Positions 1 to 8,265 are shown, numbered from the stretch's first letter. The stretch is DNA of 64,000 nt from Candidatus Falkowbacteria bacterium (GCA_016432645.1 CP066698.1:517062-581061); one strand, 5' to 3'. A program made the numbers and translations. The notes: a model not told the origin generated them from the sequence alone.

Positions 1-80
1 TTGACGCTTTAAATAACGCCTCATTAAACCGAGCGAGTTTTACGGAAACGAGAAATCGCCCACCGTCTAATATAGAAATA

Positions 81-1121
81 ATGTATCCGGAGGCCAGTTT
101 TTCCAAGCGCGGCACGACTCAAGAATTCGTCGGCTACTGCGAACCATATTATAGCGGCGGACTAGCCCCCGAAAATGCCGTTCCTAATACTTTGACAATC
201 CAAGCCGGCAGTTCTATGCCACCAGTAGCGCCGTCTTGCACCTGCACGCCAAACGATACGGATTTTACTTGGGGAACATTTTCTTGTTGGTATACGGCGA
301 GGTCATACGGCACGACGAACGTTTGTATAATCGACACGAAAGATTATAACAACATCGATTGTTTAGAAATGGACTTCACCGATTACAACGGAGCGACTTT
401 AGTTTTTTATCCTTATTTCCAATGGTCTTTCGATTCCGGAGCCGGAGCCAAGTTTGAACAATCATCAATGAATATATATGACACCCAAGGAATAAATCAA
501 AGCGCCGTGCCGCTTTATTTTACTTTCTCGCAAGACGTTTATAACGCTTCATCGACATATGTTTTTAAACTGGAAGATTACACCGTCAGCACGACATCGC
601 CGCAAGTCATTTCTTCTTCGACGGTTGCCGATCTGAATCTCAATCAGTTTCGGCAAATAGGTTTCGAGCGGGACTTGTCTATTTTAAACAAAAGGAATTT
701 ATACGCCTCAATCTCTAACGCCACCGGAACCTTAAAGATTTATCAAGGCGTTAATTTGTTCATGTATTATCACCCGATGTATTTTCCCACGCCGCCGATA
801 GATTTCGGGAGTATATTTCCGCGAATGAAAAGCACTCTTGAGGGAAAATTTATCTTTCATCAATTTTTCCAAGCTTACGATATTTTACTGGCCAATTTTA
901 CTCACGTCATCCCCGAGGTTGTTCCGCAATTTCCGATGAAATTTATGTCAGGCGACAATAAATTCGACATTGTCGTTCCGGCGCTCGACTTTGAAAGCGC
1001 CCCGGTAAAATATTTTGCTCAACATTTAAGACCAATGGGCGACGGTCTTCTGTGGCTTGGTTTTATTATTTACGTATTTTTTAGAATCTTAGGAGCTTTT
1101 AGCCCTAACGATAAAGATTAA
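81..1121 (+). CDS. Hypothetical protein with a C-terminal membrane anchor (candidate adsorption/minor coat protein of the element)
   Basis: 346-aa ORF. The N-terminal part is Cys/Thr/Ser-rich and there is a single C-terminal hydrophobic helix (LLWLGFIIYVFFRILGAF). It sits upstream of a small TM protein and the Zot-like ATPase. No family recognised. Confidence 0.4.
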   Translation: MYPEASFSKRGTTQEFVGYCEPYYSGGLAPENAVPNTLTIQAGSSMPPVAPSCTCTPNDTDFTWGTFSCWYTARSYGTTNVCIIDTKDYNNIDCLEMDFTDYNGATLVFYPYFQWSFDSGAGAKFEQSSMNIYDTQGINQSAVPLYFTFSQDVYNASSTYVFKLEDYTVSTTSPQVISSSTVADLNLNQFRQIGFERDLSILNKRNLYASISNATGTLKIYQGVNLFMYYHPMYFPTPPIDFGSIFPRMKSTLEGKFIFHQFFQAYDILLANFTHVIPEVVPQFPMKFMSGDNKFDIVVPALDFESAPVKYFAQHLRPMGDGLLWLGFIIYVFFRILGAFSPNDKD

Positions 1122-1125
1122 TTAT

Positions 1126-1437
1126 ATGACCGGATATCCATTCGACTGGGCGATTAACGCCTTCATAAAATTCTGCGGCGAATTCTTTGATTCAATGTTG
1201 GCCTTTATCTTTTCCTTTCTGCCTTCCAACGACACTTTCGCCGGCTGGATGAACATTGATGTCGATAAAATAGATTATGCCACAAAAAGAATCGCCGACA
1301 CGATCAGTTATTTTAATATCGTTTTTCCTTTCGACACTTTATTTCTTATTTTATCTTTCATGCTTGTCTTTGAAACAGTTCTCTTGTTTTTTCGAATAAC
1401 CCTTCTTATCATAGGCCTTTTGCGAGGCGGACACTAA
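1126..1437 (+). CDS. Small multi-TM membrane protein (gVI-like position)
   Basis: 103-aa ORF starting 4 nt after the previous stop. Hydrophobic helices include MLAFIFSFL and LFLILSFMLVFETVLLFFRITLLIIGLL. Confidence 0.45.
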   Translation: MTGYPFDWAINAFIKFCGEFFDSMLAFIFSFLPSNDTFAGWMNIDVDKIDYATKRIADTISYFNIVFPFDTLFLILSFMLVFETVLLFFRITLLIIGLLRGGH

Positions 1438-1441
1438 ACAT

Positions 1442-2107
1442 ATGATAAACGTCGTTGTCGGCAAACCCGGCTCTGGAAAAACTTATTACTTGGTCAAAAA
1501 AGCGCATAAATTCCTGCGACAAGGCCGGGATGTGTATTCTAATTTTTACATAGACTTTAAATCATATGACGAAGAAACAAGAAAGAAATTTTTTAATCGT
1601 TGGTTGGACAAGTTTTATAATCTTCCTTTTATTAGGAATGCTCTCCTTCGATTCTTTAATAAAAAAGATAGAAAGTTCGGGAAACTCTATTTCTGGAACG
1701 AGCTCGAGGACTTGCTCGAGATAAGAGGCGGCGAAATCTTAATTGACGAATGTCAAATATACTTTAATTCCCGTTCTTGGAAAAAACTTCCTTTCCGGCT
1801 TCAATACAAATTTCAACAGCACCGAAAACATATCAAGAAAAATAACGATGGTTCCTATATGGCCTTGAATATTTGGGGAGCCGTTCAAAACGTTAAGCGT
1901 ATTGATACCGTCGTGCGCGAATTGGTTAATAATATCTATGCGCTAAAAAAAGTCGGGCCATTGTTCAGAGCCTGTCTATACGACATTGAAGACATCGACA
2001 AGGAAAAACGCAAACCATATAAAGTAAGCTTGTATTTATTTAATAAACGCTTGGCCGGTTGTTATGATACTTTCCAGGAAATAATCGGATTTAAAGATAA
2101 AGGTTAA
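1442..2107 (+). CDS. Zot / phage pI-like P-loop NTPase (assembly ATPase)
   Basis: Walker A GKPGSGKT near the N-terminus and a Walker B-like ILIDECQ. The N-terminal layout is typical of Zot/pI morphogenesis ATPases. It lacks the C-terminal TM domain of classical pI. Confidence 0.7.
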   Translation: MINVVVGKPGSGKTYYLVKKAHKFLRQGRDVYSNFYIDFKSYDEETRKKFFNRWLDKFYNLPFIRNALLRFFNKKDRKFGKLYFWNELEDLLEIRGGEILIDECQIYFNSRSWKKLPFRLQYKFQQHRKHIKKNNDGSYMALNIWGAVQNVKRIDTVVRELVNNIYALKKVGPLFRACLYDIEDIDKEKRKPYKVSLYLFNKRLAGCYDTFQEIIGFKDKG

Positions 2108-2136
2108 AAGTTCTTTCGGTTATTAAATTGCGACAC

Positions 2137-2178
2137 AAAAAAAGGAGTCAATCTCGTTAGAGATCAACTCCTAAATTT
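2137..2178. terminator. Hairpin between convergent genes (possible bidirectional terminator)
   Basis: ggagtcaatctc (2144-2155), loop gtta, gagatcaactcc (2160-2171). This gives 5+5 bp with a 2x2 internal loop, an A-run before it and T-rich sequence after it. Confidence 0.4.
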
Positions 2179-2179
2179 G

Positions 2180-2473
2180 TTAAGCCCGAGACTCGACTTG
2201 TTTCTCATAGAAAAGATAAATAGTTTTAAGTCTCTTTTCTATGACCGCTCCCGTCTTCTTGTCTTTCTTTTCAATGACAATGAAAGACCGAATGGCTTTT
2301 TCATCCTTGCGGACAACGCAGCCGTTTTTGAGCCATTGTTTGAAAGTTAAGCAATTCTCAAACGGGTTATAACGTTTGGCCTCGTCTTCACCCCAACGCT
2401 CGGCGATTTGTTTTCTGACGAGTTCAGAGGTGTTCTTTGACCCCGTCCAATTTGATTTGACCGATATAGTCAT
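2180..2473 (-). CDS. ArdC N-terminal-like (DUF1738-like) putative ssDNA-binding protein
   Basis: CLTFKQWLKNGCVVRKDEKAIRSF resembles the TFxQA..GGxVRKGEK signature of ArdC-N domains. 97 aa. Confidence 0.5.
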   Translation of the reverse strand: MTISVKSNWTGSKNTSELVRKQIAERWGEDEAKRYNPFENCLTFKQWLKNGCVVRKDEKAIRSFIVIEKKDKKTGAVIEKRLKTIYLFYEKQVESRA

Positions 2474-2485
2474 AAAATTAAATTG

Positions 2486-2568
2486 GCGACTGATTTTAAA
2501 TACTGGAAGAAACGTCGCCTTAAATTGTCTTTCAGCGACGAATAAGACAGCGACTGATTGCTTGCGAC
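2486..2568. repeat. Direct repeats in the noncoding control region of the element (candidate Rep iterons)
   Basis: gcgactgatt occurs at 2486-2495 and 2550-2559. Additional gcgac cores lie at 2535-2539 and 2564-2568. Confidence 0.35.
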
Positions 2569-2689
2569 GGTCAAAGTGGAGGCTAAAAGCACTACCTTGA
2601 TAGGCGATAAGCTGACGCTACAATGAGAAGCACAGACAGACAATTTTTCTTTCGGGATTGTTAGTATTTGTTCCAAAAAATAGTTTTGA

Positions 2690-2764
2690 CCGGCCGCATT
2701 ATTATTTTTTTATTTATCGGCGAGTTCTGCTAACGAGCCGATAAATAAAAATAGAAGCGGCCGG
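2690..2764. promoter_or_regulatory. 75-nt imperfect hairpin (candidate origin or packaging-signal hairpin)
   Basis: The outer arms are ccggccgc / gcggccgg and the inner arms are tttatcggc / gccgataaa, around a ~15-nt loop. No upstream gene on either strand needs a terminator here. Confidence 0.4.
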
Positions 2765-2859
2765 TAAATGAGATTTTAGACAAGACGGCTCCTCCCTATA
2801 TTAATTAACTTGACCATACGCACACACCGGGCCGTCATCTCGAAAATTACATAAATAAT

Positions 2860-3225
2860 ATGATATACAAAGACATTAAAGAAAAATTTGATTACATCAT
2901 TTGGCTGAGAGAAAGAATAAACAAACTTAATTTCGGCATAAGTCAAAAAGTGAAAACTGATTCAACGAATGATTTCGCTTTGTTGACTCGTAAAGTTAAA
3001 TCCTATCAACAGGAATTTCAGCTCGTTTTGGACGAACTGTATTTCCTCCTGAAAGATGAAGACCTATTGGCAAAAATTAATTATCTCGGGCAAGAAAGCG
3101 GAGCTTTACGAATACGAAGCGCCTATTTACGTTGGCAAAAGGAAAAAGAAGAGAAAGCCCGGCAAAAAACGAACCAAGGAAGAGGTGGCGGCCGAAGTCA
3201 AAAACAGCGAAGAATGCGAATTTAG
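2860..3225 (+). CDS. Hypothetical protein; 3' part overlaps the Rep gene in another frame
   Basis: 121-aa ORF from the track. The N-terminal ~65 aa look like a helical protein, and the Lys/Arg/Gly-rich tail may be an out-of-frame reading of Rep. Confidence 0.3.
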   Translation: MIYKDIKEKFDYIIWLRERINKLNFGISQKVKTDSTNDFALLTRKVKSYQQEFQLVLDELYFLLKDEDLLAKINYLGQESGALRIRSAYLRWQKEKEEKARQKTNQGRGGGRSQKQRRMRI

Positions 3226-3784
3226 AATGGAAGTAATGAGACACTTCTCTTTGCGGCGCACCCGGGCGAGAATAGTTCGCCTGGTCGATTCCAATCCAGA
3301 CCTAAAAGTATTTATTACCCTGACCTTTAAAGAAAACATCCGGGAGCTGGGCGAGGCCAACATAATATTTAAAAAATTTATCAAAAGATTAAAAAGAAAA
3401 AGAAAAGATTTGAAATATTTGGCCGTGCCGGAATTTCAAAGCCGCGGCGCCGTTCATTACCATTTACTGGTTAATTTCGAAATGGCCAATGACGAACTGG
3501 CGGCCATTTGGAATCAGGGCTTTGTAATGATAAACCGGGTAAAACATATCAATCATCTCGGCCTTTATATTTCCAAATATATCGGCAAAAATTTATTCGA
3601 TATTCGTTATTTCGGAATGCGCAAGATCATGGCTTCCAAAAATCTGGAGCAACCGATCATAATCACCGCCATAAAAGAAATAAAAGAATTTGTCGCCAAT
3701 GCTATCGGCAATATTCCGCCGCTGTTTGAAACATTCTACAATTCCGATTGGCTGGGAATAATCCGCTATCGGCTATACGGCTAA
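3056..3784 (+). CDS. HUH-superfamily rolling-circle replication initiator (Rep)
   Basis: Motif I is FITLTF, motif II (HUH) is HYHLLV and motif III is YISKYIGK. Confidence 0.8.
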   Translation: MKTYWQKLIISGKKAELYEYEAPIYVGKRKKKRKPGKKRTKEEVAAEVKNSEECEFRMEVMRHFSLRRTRARIVRLVDSNPDLKVFITLTFKENIRELGEANIIFKKFIKRLKRKRKDLKYLAVPEFQSRGAVHYHLLVNFEMANDELAAIWNQGFVMINRVKHINHLGLYISKYIGKNLFDIRYFGMRKIMASKNLEQPIIITAIKEIKEFVANAIGNIPPLFETFYNSDWLGIIRYRLYG

Positions 3785-3822
3785 AAATACCTTTGATTAA
3801 AACATAGTCGCAAGGACTGTGT

Positions 3823-4017
3823 ATGAACATAAAAAAAGAACACGTTGATAAATTTATCGGCGTCTACGAAAAAACGTTCCACGAAAAAGTCGCTTATAAA
3901 GAAGCGTTCGAGCAATGTCTGCAGTTAGTTCTTTTACTTAGCACTGTTTATCACTCAATGACCCCCGACGATTTTAAGCGCGTCCAAGAAAGACGCCGAA
4001 AAACCGGCGATCTGTAG
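3823..4017 (+). CDS. Hypothetical small protein
   Basis: 64-aa ORF following Rep; no motif recognised. Confidence 0.35.
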   Translation: MNIKKEHVDKFIGVYEKTFHEKVAYKEAFEQCLQLVLLLSTVYHSMTPDDFKRVQERRRKTGDL

Positions 4018-4055
4018 GGTCTTGAAATAATAAACGGCTGTGATATTATATAGGT

Positions 4056-4160
4056 AGCACCCAACAGAATAATAACCGTCAAAGGATTTTTTATACTCAT
4101 CCCCAAAAAGGGGCGGTTCTGCCGACGAGTATTGCCTTTGGCGATATTCTGTTGGGTGCT
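4056..4160. other. 105-nt structured element closed by a perfect 16-bp long-range stem
   Basis: agcacccaacagaata (4056-4071) pairs with tattctgttgggtgct (4145-4160). Inside are gtcaaagg/cctttggc and cccc-aaaaa-gggg hairpins. Confidence 0.4.
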
Positions 4161-4180
4161 CAGGGCCGTCCCTTTTTGTT

Positions 4181-4402
4181 ATGAAAAAACCAAAAATCAC
4201 AAAATCAAATTTGGAGGGCAACACCCTTCTGAATATGGCCGAAGCTTTAAACGAGATTCGGATTGATTTTGAATTACCCGACGAACATTTAGACCGCGAG
4301 GATAAAGCAAAAGTATTGAAAGATATCAGGGACGATTTGACCGATATTTTTTGGAATTACAAACTTGTTAAAAAGAATAAATATGCAACCGACGACAAGT
4401 AA
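4181..4402 (+). CDS. Hypothetical small acidic protein
   Basis: 73-aa ORF immediately upstream of the recombinase. Confidence 0.4.
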   Translation: MKKPKITKSNLEGNTLLNMAEALNEIRIDFELPDEHLDREDKAKVLKDIRDDLTDIFWNYKLVKKNKYATDDK

Positions 4403-6065
4403 AATTAAATATTTGGCCTATGTTAGAAAATCAACCGAGGGCGACGAACGCCAGGCTTTATCGATAGACAGCCAAAAAGATAAAGTTCGAGAATTTTTTA
4501 GCGGCCTGGAAATCGTCGACGTGCTTGAAGAAAAACACACCGCCTTTAAGCCATACAGCCGCCCGATATTCGCCGAGATGATTAAGAGAATATCCAGGGG
4601 CGAGGCGCAAGGAATTATCGCCTGGCACCCGGACAGATTGAGCCGCAACGAAATAGACGCCTCGACTATCACTTATATGGTTCGCACCGGATTGATTAAA
4701 GACTTAAAATTCGGCTCCTATAATTTCGACAATTCCCCCGAGGGCATAATGATGTTGCAAATGGCGCTTAGCCAATCGCAATATTTTTCCTCTAAACTGG
4801 GCAAGGACGTAAAACGAGGATTGAAGAAGAAATTTGAAATGGGTTGGCAGCCCAATATCGCGCCGGAGGGCTATATAAACAAGCGCGACGATATTAAGGG
4901 GCTAAGCACGATAATCGTCGACAAGGACAAATTTCCGCTCTTAAGAAGGGCTTTTGACGCCATGCTGACCGGTGTTTATACCGCCCCGCAAGTGTTGGAT
5001 ATAATGAATAACGAATGGGGCTTTAAGACCCGGAGATTCAAGAGCCGAGGCGGCGGACCGATGTCCAGGAGTGCTTTATATCGTATTTTTACCAGCCCTT
5101 TTTATGCCGGTATTATCAACTACAACGGCAAGGAAAACAAAGGCAAACATAAGCCGATGATTAGCCTGGAAGAATACGACAAGATTCAAATTATTATGGG
5201 ACGAAACGGCAAACCGAGAAATCAAAAAAAAGACTTCGCTTATACCGGGCTGATACACTGCAAAGAATGCGGCTGTTTGATAACGGCCGATCTGAAACAC
5301 AAAGTTATCAAATATACCAAAGAGCTGAGAAGTTATACTTATTATTGTTGCACTCGCAAGCGCAAAGATTACGCCTGTCATCAAGCGGCTATAACCAGGG
5401 ACGACTTGGAGCTGCAAGTCGAGAAAGAGCTTGAGAAATACCAAATCAGACCGGAGTTTTTAGATCTCGGTTTAGAAATAATCGAGGAACTTAAAAACGA
5501 AGAACAAGAAAAAGACTCCGCCGTTAAAAATAACGCCGGCAAATCGGCCGACGCCCTAAAAGAAGAAATAAAAAATCTGACTAAAATGCGCTGCCGCAAT
5601 CTTCTTGGGGATGAAGAATATACGGAATCAAAAAATGAACTGATGAGAGAATTGTCTAAACTCGAAATCAATAATACCGATGATAATTTTGAAGAAGAAG
5701 TTATAAGAATAACTAAAGAAACTTTTGAGCTTGCCATTCACGGACGCAAACAATTAATGGACGGCGATAATGAAACTAAAAGAAAGGTGCTAACAACTTT
5801 AGGCTCGAACTGGACTTTGGAACATAAAAAACTTGAAATGTTAGCTTATAAATGGCTAATGCCGATACAAAAATCGCAAACACTCCTCAACGACAAAATA
5901 GCAAGGTTCGAACTGAGAAATACCCCTATAACAAAAGGACGAAATGAGCTTTTGAGCCTACTTCGTCCCACTCTGCGGAGAGGGTGGGATTCGAACCCAC
6001 GGTCAGCTTGCACCGACGACAGTTTTCAAGACTGTTCCATTCGACCACTCTGGCACCTCTCCTAA
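4383..6065 (+). CDS. Large serine recombinase (integrase)
   Basis: Resolvase-type catalytic motif YVRKSTEGDERQALSIDSQ, a recombinase domain, a Cys-rich zinc-ribbon region (CKECGC...YYCCTRKRKDYAC) and an acidic coiled-coil-like region. ATG 4383 is preferred over TTG 4365. The last ~30 codons are antisense to tRNA-Ser. Confidence 0.85.
   Translation: MQPTTSKIKYLAYVRKSTEGDERQALSIDSQKDKVREFFSGLEIVDVLEEKHTAFKPYSRPIFAEMIKRISRGEAQGIIAWHPDRLSRNEIDASTITYMVRTGLIKDLKFGSYNFDNSPEGIMMLQMALSQSQYFSSKLGKDVKRGLKKKFEMGWQPNIAPEGYINKRDDIKGLSTIIVDKDKFPLLRRAFDAMLTGVYTAPQVLDIMNNEWGFKTRRFKSRGGGPMSRSALYRIFTSPFYAGIINYNGKENKGKHKPMISLEEYDKIQIIMGRNGKPRNQKKDFAYTGLIHCKECGCLITADLKHKVIKYTKELRSYTYYCCTRKRKDYACHQAAITRDDLELQVEKELEKYQIRPEFLDLGLEIIEELKNEEQEKDSAVKNNAGKSADALKEEIKNLTKMRCRNLLGDEEYTESKNELMRELSKLEINNTDDNFEEEVIRITKETFELAIHGRKQLMDGDNETKRKVLTTLGSNWTLEHKKLEMLAYKWLMPIQKSQTLLNDKIARFELRNTPITKGRNELLSLLRPTLRRGWDSNPRSACTDDSFQDCSIRPLWHLS
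5928..5968 (-). terminator. Intrinsic terminator of tRNA-Ser(UGA)
   Basis: On the minus strand, ggacgaa, an 18-nt loop and ttcgtcc are followed by ttttgtt. It lies inside the recombinase ORF. Confidence 0.55.
5976..6062 (-). tRNA. tRNA-Ser (anticodon UGA)
   Basis: Minus strand reads ggagagg...cttgaaa...long variable arm...gggttcgaatccc...cctctccg. The cloverleaf has the class II variable arm. No CCA is encoded. Confidence 0.9.
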
Positions 6066-6189
6066 TAATTTTAATAACGGCTACTGGTTTTATTTTACTG
6101 ATTTCTTTAAAAAATGCAAATATTACCACAACGCCCCTATTCAAAAACGGGGGGCAATCTTATTAGTGCCTTCATCTCTAATTAAATCT

Positions 6190-6891
6190 CTAATTTTTAA
6201 TTTGCGCGAAAAAAGGCGCATACATATCTTCCGCCAAATCAATATCCAATTCCTGGCGATTAATCCGCTCTTGAAATTTTATTGACGCTTCTTTGATAAG
6301 CGCTAGCGGCTGACACTCATTCCCTTCTCCCATCTCCAAAACCGCGGCGGCGGCCAAACTATCGACGACGCTCACGCGTGCAAATTCAAATTTACGGCCA
6401 AAAATATCCTTTTGACCGCGATACTGCTTAAGCCCTTGAAGCCCGGCATATCCCAAAGCCACTCCAGTCGTCCCGGCTCGCAGAGGAATAGTGCGGCTGT
6501 CCGTAATAATTACGCCCAGTTGTTTTAAGTTGAATTGTTTTTTTAGTTTAAGGCGTAAAGTGGCAGCCGAAGCAAAACTATCTTTGGGCAGCAAGATTAA
6601 TTTCCCATCGGCATTAGACTCGTCTATTCCCGCCGAAGCCATCACCATCTTATCTTTAACGGTTAACCAAACGGATTTTGTCGGGATAGCTAAATCACTC
6701 TCCACTTTAATGAGTTTTACTTTAGCCTCCTCTCCTTGATAATCAACTACCCGCCCTTCCGCTAAAGAAACTATTTTGGAAGTAACTATCAAAACTGAAT
6801 ATTCCGGAATTTTTTTAAGATGCTGGATAATAAAAGAAAATAAATCATCCCCCTCTTTAAATATTTTTGTTTTAATTGCTTTAATTATCAT
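6190..6891 (-). CDS. Coenzyme F420-0:L-glutamate ligase-like (CofE family) protein
   Basis: Motifs VTSKIVSLAEGR, AGIDESN and ITDSRTIPLRAGTTGVALG are typical of the CofE/F420-ligase fold. Confidence 0.7.
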   Translation of the reverse strand: MIIKAIKTKIFKEGDDLFSFIIQHLKKIPEYSVLIVTSKIVSLAEGRVVDYQGEEAKVKLIKVESDLAIPTKSVWLTVKDKMVMASAGIDESNADGKLILLPKDSFASAATLRLKLKKQFNLKQLGVIITDSRTIPLRAGTTGVALGYAGLQGLKQYRGQKDIFGRKFEFARVSVVDSLAAAAVLEMGEGNECQPLALIKEASIKFQERINRQELDIDLAEDMYAPFFAQIKN

Positions 6892-6892
6892 A

Positions 6893-7537
6893 TTATTTTG
6901 CTTGTTTTCCTTTTAATAAATAAATACCAATATATGATAATGGCGTGTAAAGTGCGCCCATTAAAACCTTGAAGAGCCACCAAGAAATAATAATACTCAT
7001 CATTGTCTTAAACGAATAAATACCGACAAAAGCAATTACCATAAACACCGCCGAGTCAAAGAATTGCGACCATAAGTTAGAAAGCAAAGAGCGTAACCAA
7101 AAAACTTTTATCCCCATTTTTTCTTTAAAAAAGAAAAACGATAAAACATCCTGATACTCTGCGATTAAGAAAGCCGCTAAAGAAGCAATGGCTAGGCGAA
7201 TAGAGGTTCCGAAAACCTGGCCATAACCAGCTTTCAACCAAGCTCCATCCGGCGACCACGGCAAGGCGAGTGATAGAAAGGAATAAGCAATAAACAGGGC
7301 TGTACTGATAAAACCGGCGAGCACAAATAATTTAGCAATTTTCCGGCCATAAACTTCCCCGATAACATCCGTCATTAGAAATACTACCGGAAAAGAAAAA
7401 ACCGCTACCGATAAATGGGAATTAAAAAAGAATGGCATCATTTTCAAGCCTAAAGTATTGGCCGCCAATAGCGAAGTTAAATATAAGGCCAGAGCGATTA
7501 ATATTTTTTTAAATGAACGCTCAGAAATATTTTCCAT
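6893..7537 (-). CDS. yhhQ: Queuosine-precursor transporter (YhhQ / DUF165 family)
   Basis: Polytopic membrane protein with the family-typical TDVIGEVYGRK motif. Confidence 0.7.
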   Translation of the reverse strand: MENISERSFKKILIALALYLTSLLAANTLGLKMMPFFFNSHLSVAVFSFPVVFLMTDVIGEVYGRKIAKLFVLAGFISTALFIAYSFLSLALPWSPDGAWLKAGYGQVFGTSIRLAIASLAAFLIAEYQDVLSFFFFKEKMGIKVFWLRSLLSNLWSQFFDSAVFMVIAFVGIYSFKTMMSIIISWWLFKVLMGALYTPLSYIGIYLLKGKQAK

Positions 7538-7571
7538 AATTTTAATTTTTTACAAATAAATAAATTTGGGC

Positions 7572-7597
7572 AATAAAAAACCCGCTGCTAAGGCGGG
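7572..7597 (-). terminator. Intrinsic terminator after the 7701..8219 gene
   Basis: Plus strand has an A-run followed by cccgct-gctaa-ggcggg. On the minus strand this is a hairpin followed by tttttt. Confidence 0.6.
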
Positions 7598-7700
7598 AAT
7601 GCAAATAAAAAACAGTCCGCGCCTTATCGATCAAAAAAAACTATCCGCAATAAACCCGGACCAAGTTGTCAGGCGATGATTATTTAGCATATTTTCATAA

Positions 7701-8219
7701 CTATTTTAATAATTTACGGCCCTGTAAAACAGTATAAGCTAAAACTCCGCCGATTAAAGCGGTTAAAAGTTGCGGCCAACTAAGCATTGCAGCGGCAGCA
7801 AGAACAATTTTCCCGGAAAACAGTAATTTAATCACCGCTAAAGATACCACAGATAAAAAGATGAATTTAAAACTGGCAGCCGCTACTATTTTCAGCCAAT
7901 AATTAGCTTTCTTTAAAGAAATAAAAGTAATAACCAAAACGGCATTACTTAAAATAATAAAAGGAATAAGCGGTGCCAGTGGTAGCGGTAGAGTTCCCGC
8001 TAACAGGGCGAAAAAACTCGGTAAAATGCCAATCATAATTGCCCCCTCTAAACCTAAAGTTGCGGCAGCGATAAACAGGGTAGCATTAACAATTGAACCA
8101 GTAATTATTTGACTGTGAGCCAAGGGAGCAAAAATAGCCGCGGATAATAAAACTAAAAATTGCGCCAACATGGCAATATTGGCTCGACTGATAGTTATAG
8201 CTTTAGCTTGGATAAGCAT
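7701..8219 (-). CDS. Small polytopic membrane protein, possibly an ECF-type S-component-like transporter
   Basis: 172 aa with ~5-6 TM helices. QIITGSIVNATLF is reminiscent of substrate-binding S components. The family is not securely recognised. Confidence 0.4.
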   Translation of the reverse strand: MLIQAKAITISRANIAMLAQFLVLLSAAIFAPLAHSQIITGSIVNATLFIAAATLGLEGAIMIGILPSFFALLAGTLPLPLAPLIPFIILSNAVLVITFISLKKANYWLKIVAAASFKFIFLSVVSLAVIKLLFSGKIVLAAAAMLSWPQLLTALIGGVLAYTVLQGRKLLK

Positions 8220-8265
8220 ATTTTAATTATTTAATGGTATGTCTATTATAACACACCTCCATATT

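Larger units (their letters stand above)
1..5975 (+). mobile_element. Right-hand part of an integrated inovirus-like rolling-circle element ending at tRNA-Ser(UGA); left end is outside the window
   Basis: Gene order is adsorption-like protein, small multi-TM protein, Zot-like ATPase (as gIII-gVI-gI of Ff phages). This is followed by a hairpin-rich noncoding region, an HUH Rep and a large serine recombinase directly abutting a tRNA gene. Confidence 0.55.

Noticed and set aside
2376-2676. ORFs 2376-2600 (plus) and 2470-2676 (minus)
   Set aside because: They lie antisense to, or within, the repeat- and hairpin-rich control region of the element and have low-complexity translations. I treat this region as noncoding.
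5926-6166. ORFs 5926-6144 (minus) and 5984-6166 (plus)
   Set aside because: Both are readings across the tRNA-Ser(UGA) gene and its flanks and are not credible as coding.
7538-7700. preQ1 riboswitch upstream of the YhhQ-type queuosine-precursor transporter
   Set aside because: On the coding (minus) strand I find only the terminator hairpin of the upstream gene and AT-rich sequence. The AAAAAAAACTA-like string lies on the wrong strand and lacks a preceding P1 hairpin.
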